Source of the DNA: Parcubacteria group bacterium
GTDB lineage: Bacteria > Patescibacteriota > JAUYIX01
Assembly (NCBI GenBank): GCA_043799475.1
Contig: JAZDNR010000014.1
Location: forward strand, 1 to 39,378
Reading direction: 5' to 3'
DNA: 39,378 nt
The notes below the pieces were generated by a model, which saw only the letters and a program-made list of their open reading frames with translations, was not told the origin of the DNA and made no database searches. Positions 12,789 through 22,587 of the stretch are shown here, piece after piece. The position numbers were made by a program, and so were the translations under genes. Numbering within the stretch: position 1 is the stretch's first letter; each line of letters opens with the position of its first letter.

Positions 12789-13875
12789 GGTTGGCGCTGG
12801 CTCGCTGTCCGTGTTGCCCAAAACGCTGCCGCAACTCTGGGTCTTGGGCCAAGATCAGTACGTGCTCAGCCAAGCTCGCGGGCGAGTTAGCGGTGAGGTA
12901 GCCTGACCTGCCGTGTTCTACAAAATCTGAGTTACCGGGAGCCTGTGGCGCAACCACGGGGAGCCCGGCAGAGAGTGCCTCGATTGTGATAATGCCCTGT
13001 GTCTCAGAGATCGAGGGGTACACAAAGATATCCGCTGCTGAATAATATTGGGGAACATCGCGGTTCGGCACAAAACCAACAAATGTAATAGCACCACTTA
13101 GACCCATGCTTTGCGCCTGTAACTTGAGTCGCTTGAGATCAGGCCCGCCACCTACAAGTATTAATTGGCAGTTGGGTAGTTTAGTGCGTACTTGTTGGTA
13201 GGCACGTAGTAAGGTCAGCAAGTTTTTGTCTTGGATGGCCACTCGTGTGACGCAAAGTAGCAACAATTTGTCTTGCGCAAGACCAAGGCTCTTACGTAAG
13301 ATTGCCTTGGGGATGTTTAGTTTACAGCTGCGGGCTAGTCCAGTTGGGACCACATAAATCGGCCGTCGTATTCCACCCGTCCGCAAGTAAGCCTTGATTG
13401 AAGCAGAGGGGGCGATGATCGCGTCGCAAGTATTGGCAAAGCGATGCACCGAGTTAACCACCAGATGCTGCGCCAACTTGCGCGGTAGTAACGGTACATA
13501 GTGTGCGTATAAGTCGTAGCGTGCGTGATAAGTAAAAATGAGCGGCACCCGCAAATCGCGGGCAATTTTTTTAGCAAAGCGACCCACGCTGAACGGTTGC
13601 ATTGTATGGACGAGCTCAATCTGTTTGGCCCGCAGGCGTCGACGAAGTCCCGAGCTGGCTCTAAAAAGGGCGATTGGATATTCGGGGTACTTGGGATTGG
13701 GGATACTCTTGATCCGGATAATGTGTGGGTCCTGCTCGGTGTATCCAGGATATCGCGGAGTAATCAGCCAGACCCGTTCACCCAAGCGTTCGAGGCCATT
13801 TCTAAAGTTTTGAGTCGAGATCGCCACGCCACTAATCGCGGGAAAATAGGCATTAGCGGTAAACAAGATGTTCAC
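12724..13875 (-). CDS. Glycosyltransferase family 4
   Basis: 383 aa with a GT-B fold signature and the E-x7-E region SETQGIITIEALSAGLPVV. GTG start. The 3' end overlaps the convergent esterase gene by 65 nt. Confidence 0.85.
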   Translation of the reverse strand: MNILFTANAYFPAISGVAISTQNFRNGLERLGERVWLITPRYPGYTEQDPHIIRIKSIPNPKYPEYPIALFRASSGLRRRLRAKQIELVHTMQPFSVGRFAKKIARDLRVPLIFTYHARYDLYAHYVPLLPRKLAQHLVVNSVHRFANTCDAIIAPSASIKAYLRTGGIRRPIYVVPTGLARSCKLNIPKAILRKSLGLAQDKLLLLCVTRVAIQDKNLLTLLRAYQQVRTKLPNCQLILVGGGPDLKRLKLQAQSMGLSGAITFVGFVPNRDVPQYYSAADIFVYPSISETQGIITIEALSAGLPVVAPQAPGNSDFVEHGRSGYLTANSPASLAEHVLILAQDPELRQRFGQHGQRASANLTEENSARRLRAVYQEVLATR

Positions 13876-14271
13876 CCGGCCACCCTAGACGAGTGGACTG
13901 CAGTTATCCAGAGATCAGTGGAAAAGGGCAGTGGATTGCTCGTGCAAAGATTGTGCAAGCTCTACTGCTTGACTAAACCAAAAGTTCACAAACTTGGGGT
14001 ACTATATCCATGCGATTCGTAGCTGCTTGTTCGGTCACAAGACCCTCCGGTAGCCACTGAATGTCTCGCCTGGTGAGGTCTGGGAAGTGCCTCGCCGCGC
14101 GAGCAGGGCTACAAGTAGAGCAGCTGACTCGCAAAAACATAAGAGCTCTAAAAGGCTCCGTCTCTTGATTCCCGGAAGGCCGCACGGCGATTACGCCCAC
14201 GCGGCTTTTCGGTTTGTCTAAATGGTCTCTTTATGCCCACTTTTAGGCCCATTTGCGCTATTTTTGTGCCC

Positions 14272-14300
14272 TTGACAAAACGACCCAACTCGTGTAATCT
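14272..14300 (+). promoter_or_regulatory. Sigma70-like promoter upstream of hisS
   Basis: TTGACA (14272-14277), 17-nt spacer, TAATCT (14295-14300). Confidence 0.5.
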
Positions 14301-14306
14301 CGTCCG

Positions 14307-14420
14307 GTTGAGCATCTTTGGGAAGTGGATGCTCAATAACGAGGTGGCTTTTGAACGCTCTTTTAGAGCGTTCCCCGCCTCTAGGAAAGCCGAGGCTAAC
14401 ACCTTGGCTTTTCTTGTTAT
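14307..14420 (+). ncRNA. Candidate small RNA or terminated hisS leader (three hairpins, the last a terminator)
   Basis: Hairpins TTGAGCATC..GATGCTCAA (14308-14336), GAACGCTCT-ttt-AGAGCGTTC (14353-14373) and AAGCCGAGG-ctaaca-CCTTGGCTT followed by TTCTTGTTATT (14387-14420). A second -10, TATAAT, follows at 14433-14438. Confidence 0.35.
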
Positions 14421-14466
14421 TACGAACTCTCCTTATAATGGGTTCTCCTTGCTAAGCTACTGGGGC

Positions 14467-15798
14467 GTGAGCACACCAAAAAAAATCCAACTTCTCAAAG
14501 GCTTTAGAGATTACCTCGGCGAGGACGCATTGCTCCTGCGCGAGTTGAGTATCAAGGTGGAACAGGTTTTCCGTCTATTTGGTTTTGCCCCTATGTCGAC
14601 TCCAACTCTGGAATACGCCGAGTTGCTCGTCGGTAAGTACGGACCTGAGGCCGACAAGCTTATGTACAAATTTGTTGACCATGGCGGACGCAGCGTGGCC
14701 ATGCGCTATGACCACACTGTACCGTTAGCGCGAGCTATCAGCCTAAACCAAAACCTACCGCTACCTTTTAAGCGCTACACCATTGCACCGGTCTGGCGCG
14801 CCGACAAACCCCAAAAAGGTCGACTACGCGAGTTTATCCAGTGCGACGTTGATATTGTAGGAAGCGATCAAGCGCGTGCTGACGCTGAGATTTTGGCGGT
14901 GGCCTATCAACTGCTTACAAGTCTTGGAATTAAAGAGTTCTCCTTGCGTATCAATCATCGCGCCCTTATCAACGCGCTGGTTGCAGAGATACATGGAATT
15001 GCGAGCACACAAGTGGGGGCAGTGCTGCGTGTAATCGATCGGTTCCCCAAGCTGGGTGAGACTGCCGCTAAACAGTACTTGGTAGAACAAGGTCTCACTC
15101 AAGAGCAAGTTGCGCAGCTACTTAGGCTACTCTCGCCCAAGTTGGGCTTAAGTGGGCCGGCAAATACAGCACTAGCCAAACTGCGAGGCCACCTCAAGAA
15201 GAGCCCGGCCACTAGCGCGGCGCTCGACGAAATGCAGGCCATAGTGCAGCACGCGCTTGGTCTGGGAGTTCCTGAGGCGCATCTCCGGCTTGACCTTAAT
15301 GTAGTGCGCGGTCTGGATTACTACACGGGTATTGTTATGGAAGCCGAGCTCGCGGCATTGCCACTTTTTGGCAGTGTCTTGGGTGGCGGTCGCTACGACA
15401 AATTGATTGGGGCACTCACGGGCAAGTCCACACCTGCGGTCGGGATTACGCTTGGCCTTGGTCGTCTCTTTGAGGCTCTGGGAGAACTAAAGCTTGGCGT
15501 GCGTTCTCCGGCCGTAGCTGACGTACTAGTCGCGTTAGTGGATGCCGAGTCGAGTCAGACAGCAGAACAACTGGTGCAAACTTTACGTGCCAAGGGGCTC
15601 GGCGCCGTCCTCTACTTAGGCCGTCCGGGAGCTCTCGAAAAGCAACTCAAGTATGCCGATAAATTGGGAGTAACCTGGGTGGTCTGGCAGGGGCCCGAGG
15701 AGCGCACCAAAAAAATCTTTGTCGCCAAACACTTGGCAACCCGTAAGCAACAAGAGCTGAAACTCTCTGAGCTTATCAAAACACTTTTGGTTAAATAG
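14467..15798 (+). CDS. hisS: Histidine--tRNA ligase
   Basis: Motifs LKGFRDY, RYDHTVPLAR and GGGRYD. A GTG start at 14467 gives 443 aa, a typical length. The ORF extends to 14233, but that extension covers a promoter and hairpins, so the start is uncertain (14449-14467). Confidence 0.85.
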   Translation: MSTPKKIQLLKGFRDYLGEDALLLRELSIKVEQVFRLFGFAPMSTPTLEYAELLVGKYGPEADKLMYKFVDHGGRSVAMRYDHTVPLARAISLNQNLPLPFKRYTIAPVWRADKPQKGRLREFIQCDVDIVGSDQARADAEILAVAYQLLTSLGIKEFSLRINHRALINALVAEIHGIASTQVGAVLRVIDRFPKLGETAAKQYLVEQGLTQEQVAQLLRLLSPKLGLSGPANTALAKLRGHLKKSPATSAALDEMQAIVQHALGLGVPEAHLRLDLNVVRGLDYYTGIVMEAELAALPLFGSVLGGGRYDKLIGALTGKSTPAVGITLGLGRLFEALGELKLGVRSPAVADVLVALVDAESSQTAEQLVQTLRAKGLGAVLYLGRPGALEKQLKYADKLGVTWVVWQGPEERTKKIFVAKHLATRKQQELKLSELIKTLLVK

Positions 15799-15800
15799 GC

Positions 15801-16823
15801 CTACTGAATGGGGAAAGGCACCTCGGGCACGTGAGGGGTAGTAGTATTACCCGTATCTACGTTTGGTGCTGCACTATTATTCTGTGTGCTCGTTTTGTTA
15901 GCGGGGACATTTGATTCTTCTTCTGATTCTTCTTTGTCTTCATCGGTTTTGTCCGGGATTTTAGTGGCATCAAGCCGAGAAAATAATTCTTGCAAAGTAG
16001 GAACCACAGCATTTTCGAGTGGTTCTATGTTGAGACGTTTATTAAAGTCCCCCCAGGTGATTTCGAGCGTACCACTGGTGTCGCCAATCTCCTCAAAGGG
16101 TCCCTTTAGTCGCACGAGAGAGCCGCTCTGTTTGGCTACCCAGAGTTCAAGTGGCTGTTCACTAACGGATACAAGATCGACATTTGGTTTGGCTGACACA
16201 GCACCGCTCAGTACAAAAAGTTGATCCACTAGGCGCTCGAGCGCGTCGGGGTTTAATTGTGCTCTAAAATGTCGTGTCATGACTCCGACGACTTCTTCCT
16301 CAGCAAGCTCTTCGATATTTGTAAAAAGGTCCGGCGTTTCTTTAACCATCTTGGCGGCCGCTGCTCTCTCGAGCGCCGAAAGTTCAGGTGTCATGCCGGA
16401 AAGTGGCAGAACAAAAGCCGTGCGAGTTAGTTCTCTCAGGTCGAGTTCTCCAAGGTCAGGCAATTCGTCAATCCTAAAAAACAGTTGATCATTAACTACT
16501 CGGAGTTCACCTCTAAGCTGCTCGCCGGTTTGATCCTTGAGTGTAGCTGACAATGCCAAGCGCTCACCACCCCGGCCATGACGTGTGTAAGCGAGCTCAA
16601 GCCTGGCCGAGACTGCCGTAAACTTTTTGTTAAAAGTTGAAGTTGCTACGGGAACTTCGTCCAGTGTGCTCTCGACAAGAGCGCTAAAAGATTTGGCCTC
16701 AATAAGTTTTGCCAGTGCATTAACTAGGGCCTGATCCGGCGGCAAAGCTGCAGTGCGCGTGCACCCAGATAGCAGTAGGCCAAGAGCGAGGAGTGTAATA
16801 GTGACAAAATTTGGAGGCTTCAT
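15801..16823 (-). CDS. Hypothetical lipoprotein
   Basis: Signal peptide with lipobox LLSGC. The C-terminal tail is acidic and low-complexity. ATGA overlap with the rsmH stop. Confidence 0.7.
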   Translation of the reverse strand: MKPPNFVTITLLALGLLLSGCTRTAALPPDQALVNALAKLIEAKSFSALVESTLDEVPVATSTFNKKFTAVSARLELAYTRHGRGGERLALSATLKDQTGEQLRGELRVVNDQLFFRIDELPDLGELDLRELTRTAFVLPLSGMTPELSALERAAAAKMVKETPDLFTNIEELAEEEVVGVMTRHFRAQLNPDALERLVDQLFVLSGAVSAKPNVDLVSVSEQPLELWVAKQSGSLVRLKGPFEEIGDTSGTLEITWGDFNKRLNIEPLENAVVPTLQELFSRLDATKIPDKTDEDKEESEEESNVPANKTSTQNNSAAPNVDTGNTTTPHVPEVPFPIQ

Positions 16824-17755
16824 AGTATTTGACAGGCGCGTAGCTTAGCACTACGAGCCCGTGGATTGGTAGCACGTTCGCGTGAACTGGGCGTGATTGG
16901 TTTTTTGGTGAGGATTTTTACAGACGGATTGGTTCCGCAACGACACAACGGTAACTCGGGCGGACAGGTGCAAACTTTGGCCCAAGTTCTAAAGGTATCT
17001 TTTACAATCCGGTCCTCAAGCGAGTGAAAGCTGATCACCACCAACCGTCCTCCCGGCGCCAAAACTTTAACGGCAGCTCTTAGGCCCGTCTCGATTTGCT
17101 CAAGCTCGTGATTGACCGCTAGACGCAGGGCCAAAAAAACTTTGGTCGCGACGTGGGTTCCGCGTGTGTGTTGCTCTCGTCTCGGGAGAACAGATCGGAC
17201 CAGATCCACTAGTTGATCGGTACGCTCAAGCGGTGTTTGTCTGCGCTGCGCAACAATTTTTTGCGCGATACGATGGGCGTAGTGCTGTTCTCCCGCCAGG
17301 GCAAACTGAGTCTGTAACTTGGCCTCCGACCACTCCGCCAAAATGCGTGCCGCGGTGAGGTCCTCGCGCTGGTCCATGCGCATGTCAAGCGGTGCCGAGC
17401 CGCTAAAACTAAACCCGCGAGTCGTTGAGGTCAACTGTTCACTTGATACCCCAAGGTCCAACAGAACCCCATCGACTCGGGATTGTCCCAGATCTTGTAG
17501 TACCGCTACTAAATTGGGAAACTGCTCTTGCACGAGCACGAGCTGACCGGCGTTGATCTGCTTTTTAAAACGGTGCGTGGCTTGATCAATTGCAGCCGCG
17601 TCGCGGTCGAGGCCAATGAGTTTGCCGGTTGGTCCCAGTCGCTTAAAGATTAGGCTCGCATGCCCACCGGCCCCAAAAGTTCCGTCTAAGATTATCTGAC
17701 CCGGCTTGGGGGAGAGCCAGTGTAATACTTCTTCTAGCAAAACAGGTACGTGCAC
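16820..17755 (-). CDS. rsmH: 16S rRNA (cytosine1402-N4)-methyltransferase
   Basis: Motifs HVPVLL, DGTFGAGGH and DLGVSS. A GTG start at 17755, 4 nt after the upstream stop, gives 311 aa. The longer ORF to 17863 overlaps the upstream gene. Confidence 0.85.
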   Translation of the reverse strand: MHVPVLLEEVLHWLSPKPGQIILDGTFGAGGHASLIFKRLGPTGKLIGLDRDAAAIDQATHRFKKQINAGQLVLVQEQFPNLVAVLQDLGQSRVDGVLLDLGVSSEQLTSTTRGFSFSGSAPLDMRMDQREDLTAARILAEWSEAKLQTQFALAGEQHYAHRIAQKIVAQRRQTPLERTDQLVDLVRSVLPRREQHTRGTHVATKVFLALRLAVNHELEQIETGLRAAVKVLAPGGRLVVISFHSLEDRIVKDTFRTWAKVCTCPPELPLCRCGTNPSVKILTKKPITPSSRERATNPRARSAKLRACQIL

Positions 17756-17759
17756 GGTT

Positions 17760-18464
17760 TTATTGTATCTTAGACGGTGTGCTCTCACGGTTAGCTCGCA
17801 AAACTTCAAGAACGCGTTGGTCAGTGACAGGTTCAAAATTGTTATAGTGCGAACCGACGGCATAAAGGAGTGGATCGTGTTTGGACGCTACGACCCTATC
17901 GGCAACCGCTGAGACGAGCTTTTCGGCGCTTGCGCTGGTTACTGGAACCGCAACTATTATACTGCGGGCACCTTGTCGCTTGAGTAGTTCTACCGCAGCC
18001 CTAACTGTGTAGCCCGTGGCCATTCCATCGTCCACTAAAATGATGCGCTTATCGGCTACGGGGAGCTCCGGAACAATCGTCCGGTAGGCACGGTTTTTAT
18101 CCGCTAACTCGAGCGCTAATTTTTTACGCATGCCTTCTAGATACTCTCGAGTGGCTCCAAACTCTGTCGCCGCTTTTTCGTCCACAAGTAATCCACCGTC
18201 AATGGCTACCGCGCCGATGGCCAACTCGTGCGAGCCCGGCGCCGGCAGCTTTTTAACTAAGGCCACCTCGAGCCTCAGCCCCAATTGTTGCGCAATAAAG
18301 CCACCGATTTCGAGCCCACCGCGCGGGATCGCTACCACGAGAGCATCTTGCACACCTTTGAACTCGGCCAGCAGAGGTACCAGTAGCCGACTAGCCTCAA
18401 ACCTATTTTCAAACCGATTAGGGTAGTTGGGGATGTTTAGGGCCATTCGCACCCACGCTAGCAC
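17760..18464 (-). CDS. Phosphoribosyltransferase-family protein
   Basis: PRPP-binding motif IILVDDGMATGYT. SD GAGGGAG lies 8 nt before the GTG at 18464. Confidence 0.8.
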   Translation of the reverse strand: MLAWVRMALNIPNYPNRFENRFEASRLLVPLLAEFKGVQDALVVAIPRGGLEIGGFIAQQLGLRLEVALVKKLPAPGSHELAIGAVAIDGGLLVDEKAATEFGATREYLEGMRKKLALELADKNRAYRTIVPELPVADKRIILVDDGMATGYTVRAAVELLKRQGARSIIVAVPVTSASAEKLVSAVADRVVASKHDPLLYAVGSHYNNFEPVTDQRVLEVLRANRESTPSKIQ

Positions 18465-18570
18465 ATGCTAGACTCCCTCATCACCCGCATGGCAAAAGTG
18501 GCCGGCCTAAAGCCCCGGCTCGGCATGCAAGGAGGGCGGGCGCTAATTTGTTAACCCTCTTTGAGAGGAG

Positions 18571-19251
18571 GTGAGAACCATTAGCAACAACAAGCCCAAC
18601 GAAACCAAGCAGAGTGCGCCCGACCAGCTCAAAACCGATCAGGAGATTCTGGAAGAGCTCAAGGCCGCCAGTGGGGGAGAACGCAAGCGCAGTTTTGGAC
18701 TGACCGCCTTTATTGTTCTGCTCGCCATTGTGATCGGAGTGTTCACCTATATGAACCGCAAGGATGACAAGGACGAAAACAACACTGCCGCAAACAACGC
18801 TACAAATAACGTGGTAGCGGTTGAGGAACCGACCAACACGGCCTCCGAGGAATCGAACGAGACTTCCGAGACGATTGAGACGACCGAAACGCTAAATCAA
18901 ACTCCAACCACTAGCAGCGAGGCTCCTGGTGAAAAACCAACTGAGTTAAGCACGCGCTCGCAGACGGCCTACAGCGAGACTGCCCAAGTGGGAGAAGGTG
19001 TAACCCATTTGGCGCGTCGCGCCCTGGCCGTACACCTACGGGAGAACAGCATTAGCGATCTCACCGCAGAGCATAAGATTTTTGTCGAGGACTACCTCGC
19101 CAAACAGTCCGGCTACACCTGGATCGACGTCGGTACTACCAGTACCTTCGAGAAGACCTCGGTGGATGAGGCCGTTACAGCTGCACGCGCTTTAACGCCG
19201 GCGCAGCTACAAAACCTAGAACAGTACTCCGCCCTAGTCCCAGGACTATAA
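18571..19251 (+). CDS. Hypothetical membrane-anchored protein with a T/E/N-rich low-complexity linker
   Basis: 226-aa ORF with one TM segment (LTAFIVLLAIVIGVF). GTG start next to GAGAGGAG. Confidence 0.6.
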   Translation: MRTISNNKPNETKQSAPDQLKTDQEILEELKAASGGERKRSFGLTAFIVLLAIVIGVFTYMNRKDDKDENNTAANNATNNVVAVEEPTNTASEESNETSETIETTETLNQTPTTSSEAPGEKPTELSTRSQTAYSETAQVGEGVTHLARRALAVHLRENSISDLTAEHKIFVEDYLAKQSGYTWIDVGTTSTFEKTSVDEAVTAARALTPAQLQNLEQYSALVPGL

Positions 19252-19285
19252 TCCGGCTAGATCCGAGAGATTCTAGTTTGAATCG

Positions 19286-19314
19286 AAAGCGCCCCTCTAC
19301 GTAGGGGCGTTTTC
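19286..19314. terminator. Bidirectional intrinsic terminator between convergent genes
   Basis: Hairpin CGCCCCT-ctacgt-AGGGGCG (19290-19309), flanked by AAA upstream and TTTT downstream. Confidence 0.7.
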
Positions 19315-19332
19315 AGTTTGAGTGCTGATGAT

Positions 19333-19821
19333 TTAACGCTTTGCTTCGAGGGTCATTATGCGTTCCTCGTGTCGTGCAAGGGCTGAGCGATGTGCCGCAT
19401 GTTCGGCGTCATAGGTCTTGATTTTACTAATAACAAGATTGTCTACGCTTGTAATAAGCTTATCTATTTTTGACTCTGTACGTTTACCAGTTTCTTTAAC
19501 TTCAACCATGTCGTGTTCTAGGTTTATTAACCTGCCATCCATCTGCTCAAATCTTAAATCAATCTGCACAAATCTTTCATCAATCTTCTCAAACCTGGCA
19601 TCAACCTGCTCAAACCTGGCATCAACCTGCTCAAACCTGGCATCAACCTGCTCAAATCTTAAATCAATCTGCACAAATCTTTTATCAACCTTCTCAAGCC
19701 TTGCATCAATCTGCACAAATCTGGCATCAATCCGGCCGAACTTTTTATCGGTCTTTACGAAATATTTTTCGTGGCGATCAATCGCTGCTGCAATCCCTTG
19801 TAAAGTTGGCTTAGTTTTCAT
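19333..19821 (-). CDS. Hypothetical coiled-coil protein with about ten heptad repeats (x-h-D-x-R-F-x)
   Basis: 162 aa. Run RIDARFV QIDARLE KVDKRFV QIDLRFE QVDARFE x3 KIDERFV QIDLRFE QMDGRLI. Confidence 0.7.
   Translation of the reverse strand: MKTKPTLQGIAAAIDRHEKYFVKTDKKFGRIDARFVQIDARLEKVDKRFVQIDLRFEQVDARFEQVDARFEQVDARFEKIDERFVQIDLRFEQMDGRLINLEHDMVEVKETGKRTESKIDKLITSVDNLVISKIKTYDAEHAAHRSALARHEERIMTLEAKR
19588..19650 (-). repeat. Three perfect tandem 21-bp repeats inside the coiled-coil gene
   Basis: CTCAAACCTGGCATCAACCTG at 19588-19608, 19609-19629 and 19630-19650. Diverged copies flank them across about 19546-19755. Confidence 0.9.
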
Positions 19822-19922
19822 GGGTAGTTTTAGGTTAGCATATCTTGTAGACAGGGTAAGCCAGAGCGCTTAACAAAAGATTAACATTTGTCTAAGGGGA
19901 TCTAAAAAGGTGCACCAGTAGC

Positions 19923-21080
19923 CTAGCGTTTGGGCGCAGCACGCTTGTGGAGCTGCGCAACACTTGACCGTAAGATGTCGATCGCTTTTTGGAGTTGATC
20001 TTTAGTAGTGGAACGACCCAGAGTAAGACGTAAGCTACCGTCGACACGTGTGTAAGGCAGTCCCAACGCCAGCATGACATGTGAGGGCGCAAAACTTTTT
20101 GAGTCACAACTTGAGCCAGCCGACGCTGCCAGGCCTGCGTCGTCGAGCAAGCTTACCAGCGCATCGCCTTGGATGCCCTCAAATGACACATGAATATTAT
20201 TGGGTAGTCGCAGGGTGGCATGTCCAGTGAGTTCTGCGCTTGGTATCTCGGTCAAAATTTTTTTAATCGCCCAATCGCGTAGTGACACCAGCCGGGCCGA
20301 AGTTTGCTCACGTTCTACCTCCGCGATCTCTAGAGCGATCGCAAACCCAACGATTGCCGCGAGGTTCTCCGTGCCAGCGCGTTTGCCATCCTCTTGACTA
20401 CCGCCAACAATCAATGGGTCAAGTTCAACACCTTTGCGGCAGTACAAAAGACCAACACCCTTGGGGCCGTAGATCTTACTGCCATTGAGCGTCATGAGAT
20501 CAGCGCCCAAATCAGTCACTTTGAGTGGGAGCGCACCGGCCGCTTGGCAAGCATCGGTGTGTAGGGGCACCTTATGTGCATGTGCCAGCCGAGCAAGTTC
20601 GCGCAAGGGCTGAATAGTCCCGATCTCATTATTGGCATACATAACCGAGACCAGTACCGTATCCGGGCGCAGTGCTTTTTTGAGCGACCCAAGCACCACG
20701 ATGCCATGTTGGTCGACCGGTAAACGTGTAACGTCAAAGCCCTCGCGCTCAAGTACCTCAGCGGCTTTAAGCACGGCTTTGTGCTCGATGTCAGAGACTA
20801 TGACGTGTTTGCCTCGACCCGCACGCTGGGCCGCTCTTGCGACTCCTAAGATGGCGGTGTTATCGGATTCGGTTCCGGATCCAACAAAAATCAATTCGTC
20901 CGGAGAACAGCCGAGTACTCGAGCGACTCGCGTGCGTGCATCTGAGAGCGATTGACGGGCAACTCGTCCCAGGGCATGCGCTCCAGATGGATTGCCATAG
21001 TCGGTTTTTAGGCTGTGCTCCATCGCCGCGATCACTCGTGGATCAATTGGCGTGGCGGCAGCGTGGTCTAAGTAGATCAT
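19923..21080 (-). CDS. Cysteine desulfurase, NifS/IscS-like (class I)
   Basis: Begins MIYLDHAAATP. PLP-lysine region GSKIYGPKG and catalytic loop SAGSSCDS. The ORF extends to TTG 21137, but ATG 21080 matches the usual N-terminus. Confidence 0.85.
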   Translation of the reverse strand: MIYLDHAAATPIDPRVIAAMEHSLKTDYGNPSGAHALGRVARQSLSDARTRVARVLGCSPDELIFVGSGTESDNTAILGVARAAQRAGRGKHVIVSDIEHKAVLKAAEVLEREGFDVTRLPVDQHGIVVLGSLKKALRPDTVLVSVMYANNEIGTIQPLRELARLAHAHKVPLHTDACQAAGALPLKVTDLGADLMTLNGSKIYGPKGVGLLYCRKGVELDPLIVGGSQEDGKRAGTENLAAIVGFAIALEIAEVEREQTSARLVSLRDWAIKKILTEIPSAELTGHATLRLPNNIHVSFEGIQGDALVSLLDDAGLAASAGSSCDSKSFAPSHVMLALGLPYTRVDGSLRLTLGRSTTKDQLQKAIDILRSSVAQLHKRAAPKR

Positions 21081-21166
21081 CAAGTGCCCACGTGTACCGC
21101 ACAATTGTTCCGGGGTCAATATAAATGAGAGCCTCAAGAATTAATTCCTGAGGCTCAAGAGTTAGG

Positions 21167-21718
21167 TCACGCTGCCTTGGATGTGGCGCGCAGCGGCAGC
21201 ACAAGGGGAACCCGTCGCATAAAGCAAACTTCACGGCGATCAGCATGCTGTTTACGAGTTCCGCAATGCTTGCCAAAGTGCCGTTTGTAGATCGCCACGG
21301 CATTTTGGTTGTCGGCGTAGCACCACACGATAAAGGTAATGTGGCTCTCGATGCGTCGGTTGTTCTCCCGGACCCAGGTGGCCATGGTGGTGAGTCCATC
21401 TTCGGTCAGGAGGGTCCCGTAACCGCGACCTTGACAAAATGGATCGATGCCGAGCTCGACCAGCTCCACGACCGGGGTGGGGCGTCTAAAACCTCCATGG
21501 ATGGCCCACTTGGTGTAGCCGACGATGCGTCCTCCAACGCAGCACACAAAGAGGCGCTCCTTTGGCGTTGCGCGATAACCGCACAGAGTCCAAGAGTAGG
21601 CGGCCTTGGGATCATCGCGATTCCCCAAAAAAACGTGGGCATTGATTGAGGCGATCGCTCTGAGGTCGGCCAAAGTGGCCGACCGAACGATCCCCGTGCG
21701 ACGGTTAGTTTTGGGCAT
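21167..21718 (-). CDS. GNAT-family N-acetyltransferase
   Basis: Acetyl-CoA motif CQGRGYGTLL. SD GGGAG lies 6 nt before the ATG. Confidence 0.75.
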   Translation of the reverse strand: MPKTNRRTGIVRSATLADLRAIASINAHVFLGNRDDPKAAYSWTLCGYRATPKERLFVCCVGGRIVGYTKWAIHGGFRRPTPVVELVELGIDPFCQGRGYGTLLTEDGLTTMATWVRENNRRIESHITFIVWCYADNQNAVAIYKRHFGKHCGTRKQHADRREVCFMRRVPLVLPLRATSKAA

Positions 21719-21751
21719 GTCACACTCCCTTTGCCGTTTGTGGCTAGGTTA

Positions 21752-22408
21752 CTAAGCGTTACTAAACGAGAGATCAGTCAAGGCGGTGATCACAAGATGT
21801 GGGTAGCGCGCCGGTGTCGTAGCGTAGGGACTATCCGGTCGGTGTACCCAGATGGTTTGAATCTGCATACCGAGGCCCGTCTCATAGATGACGTCGAGAA
21901 TCGTCACGTCGTCCTCGAGATGAATAATGGGTGGGCCGTAGAGCCGCAGAATCTCTCGTACGATGTTCACCTTATGCGATTTGTTTTGGACAATATGCAT
22001 GCCGGTGTGTGGCAGCGTGCTCAGTGCGATTTTGTCGCGTTGGTAGACAGTGTCACCAAAGCTTACAAAGATGACAGGGATTCTGAGGGCCTGCCAGGCC
22101 ACAAAAGCCAGAAAGCTGTCCTCGTACGGACGAATGTTTTTGATCATCCATTTGGTAAAGTCGACCTTGAGTGCAGATGGCGCAAAATGACGAGAGGTGC
22201 GGAGCTCGATCTCCTCAGTAAATACTCTGAGGGAGAACCCACGTTCTTCAGCGGCTTGCCAAGATGTGTGGGCAACGTCGTGCGGTACTCCGCGCGACGT
22301 AAAGAGCTCGAGTACCGTCTCGATACCGCTAATGAAATGCGAGACGGTAAAGTCGAAGTCGCTCACGATGGCGCGTGGGAATGGCAGCATTTGTGATTGC
22401 ACGAGCAT
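21752..22408 (-). CDS. HAD-superfamily hydrolase-like protein
   Basis: Motif I IVSDFDFTV (DxDxT), motif II VIFVSFG and motif IV LEDD. SD AAGGAG is upstream. Preferred over the mirror ORF 21731-22396 on the plus strand. Confidence 0.6.
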   Translation of the reverse strand: MLVQSQMLPFPRAIVSDFDFTVSHFISGIETVLELFTSRGVPHDVAHTSWQAAEERGFSLRVFTEEIELRTSRHFAPSALKVDFTKWMIKNIRPYEDSFLAFVAWQALRIPVIFVSFGDTVYQRDKIALSTLPHTGMHIVQNKSHKVNIVREILRLYGPPIIHLEDDVTILDVIYETGLGMQIQTIWVHRPDSPYATTPARYPHLVITALTDLSFSNA

Positions 22409-22587
22409 TGCTCCTTATTGGCGATGGAGTTGTTGAGATTGGTAAGGTGCCCAAAGAGCGGATTGGCGATTATAGAGCAGTGAGGCTGGTGTGCAAGTGA
22501 AGGCTCGTAAAGACCGGTGAACCAGTGCAACCAGTTGACGTGCGGCTCAATGCTGAATATAGTACAAATCTAGTACTAATTAATTTT

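Noticed and set aside
14307-14420. T-box riboswitch or his-type leader peptide upstream of hisS
   Set aside because: The leader is only about 110 nt. It lacks the conserved T-box sequence, a specifier-loop architecture, and any run of His codons.
21731-22396. 221-aa plus-strand ORF mirroring the HAD-like gene
   Set aside because: It has a TTG start without an RBS and no recognisable motifs. The minus-strand frame has HAD motifs I, II and IV, an SD, and lies co-directional with the adjacent GNAT gene.
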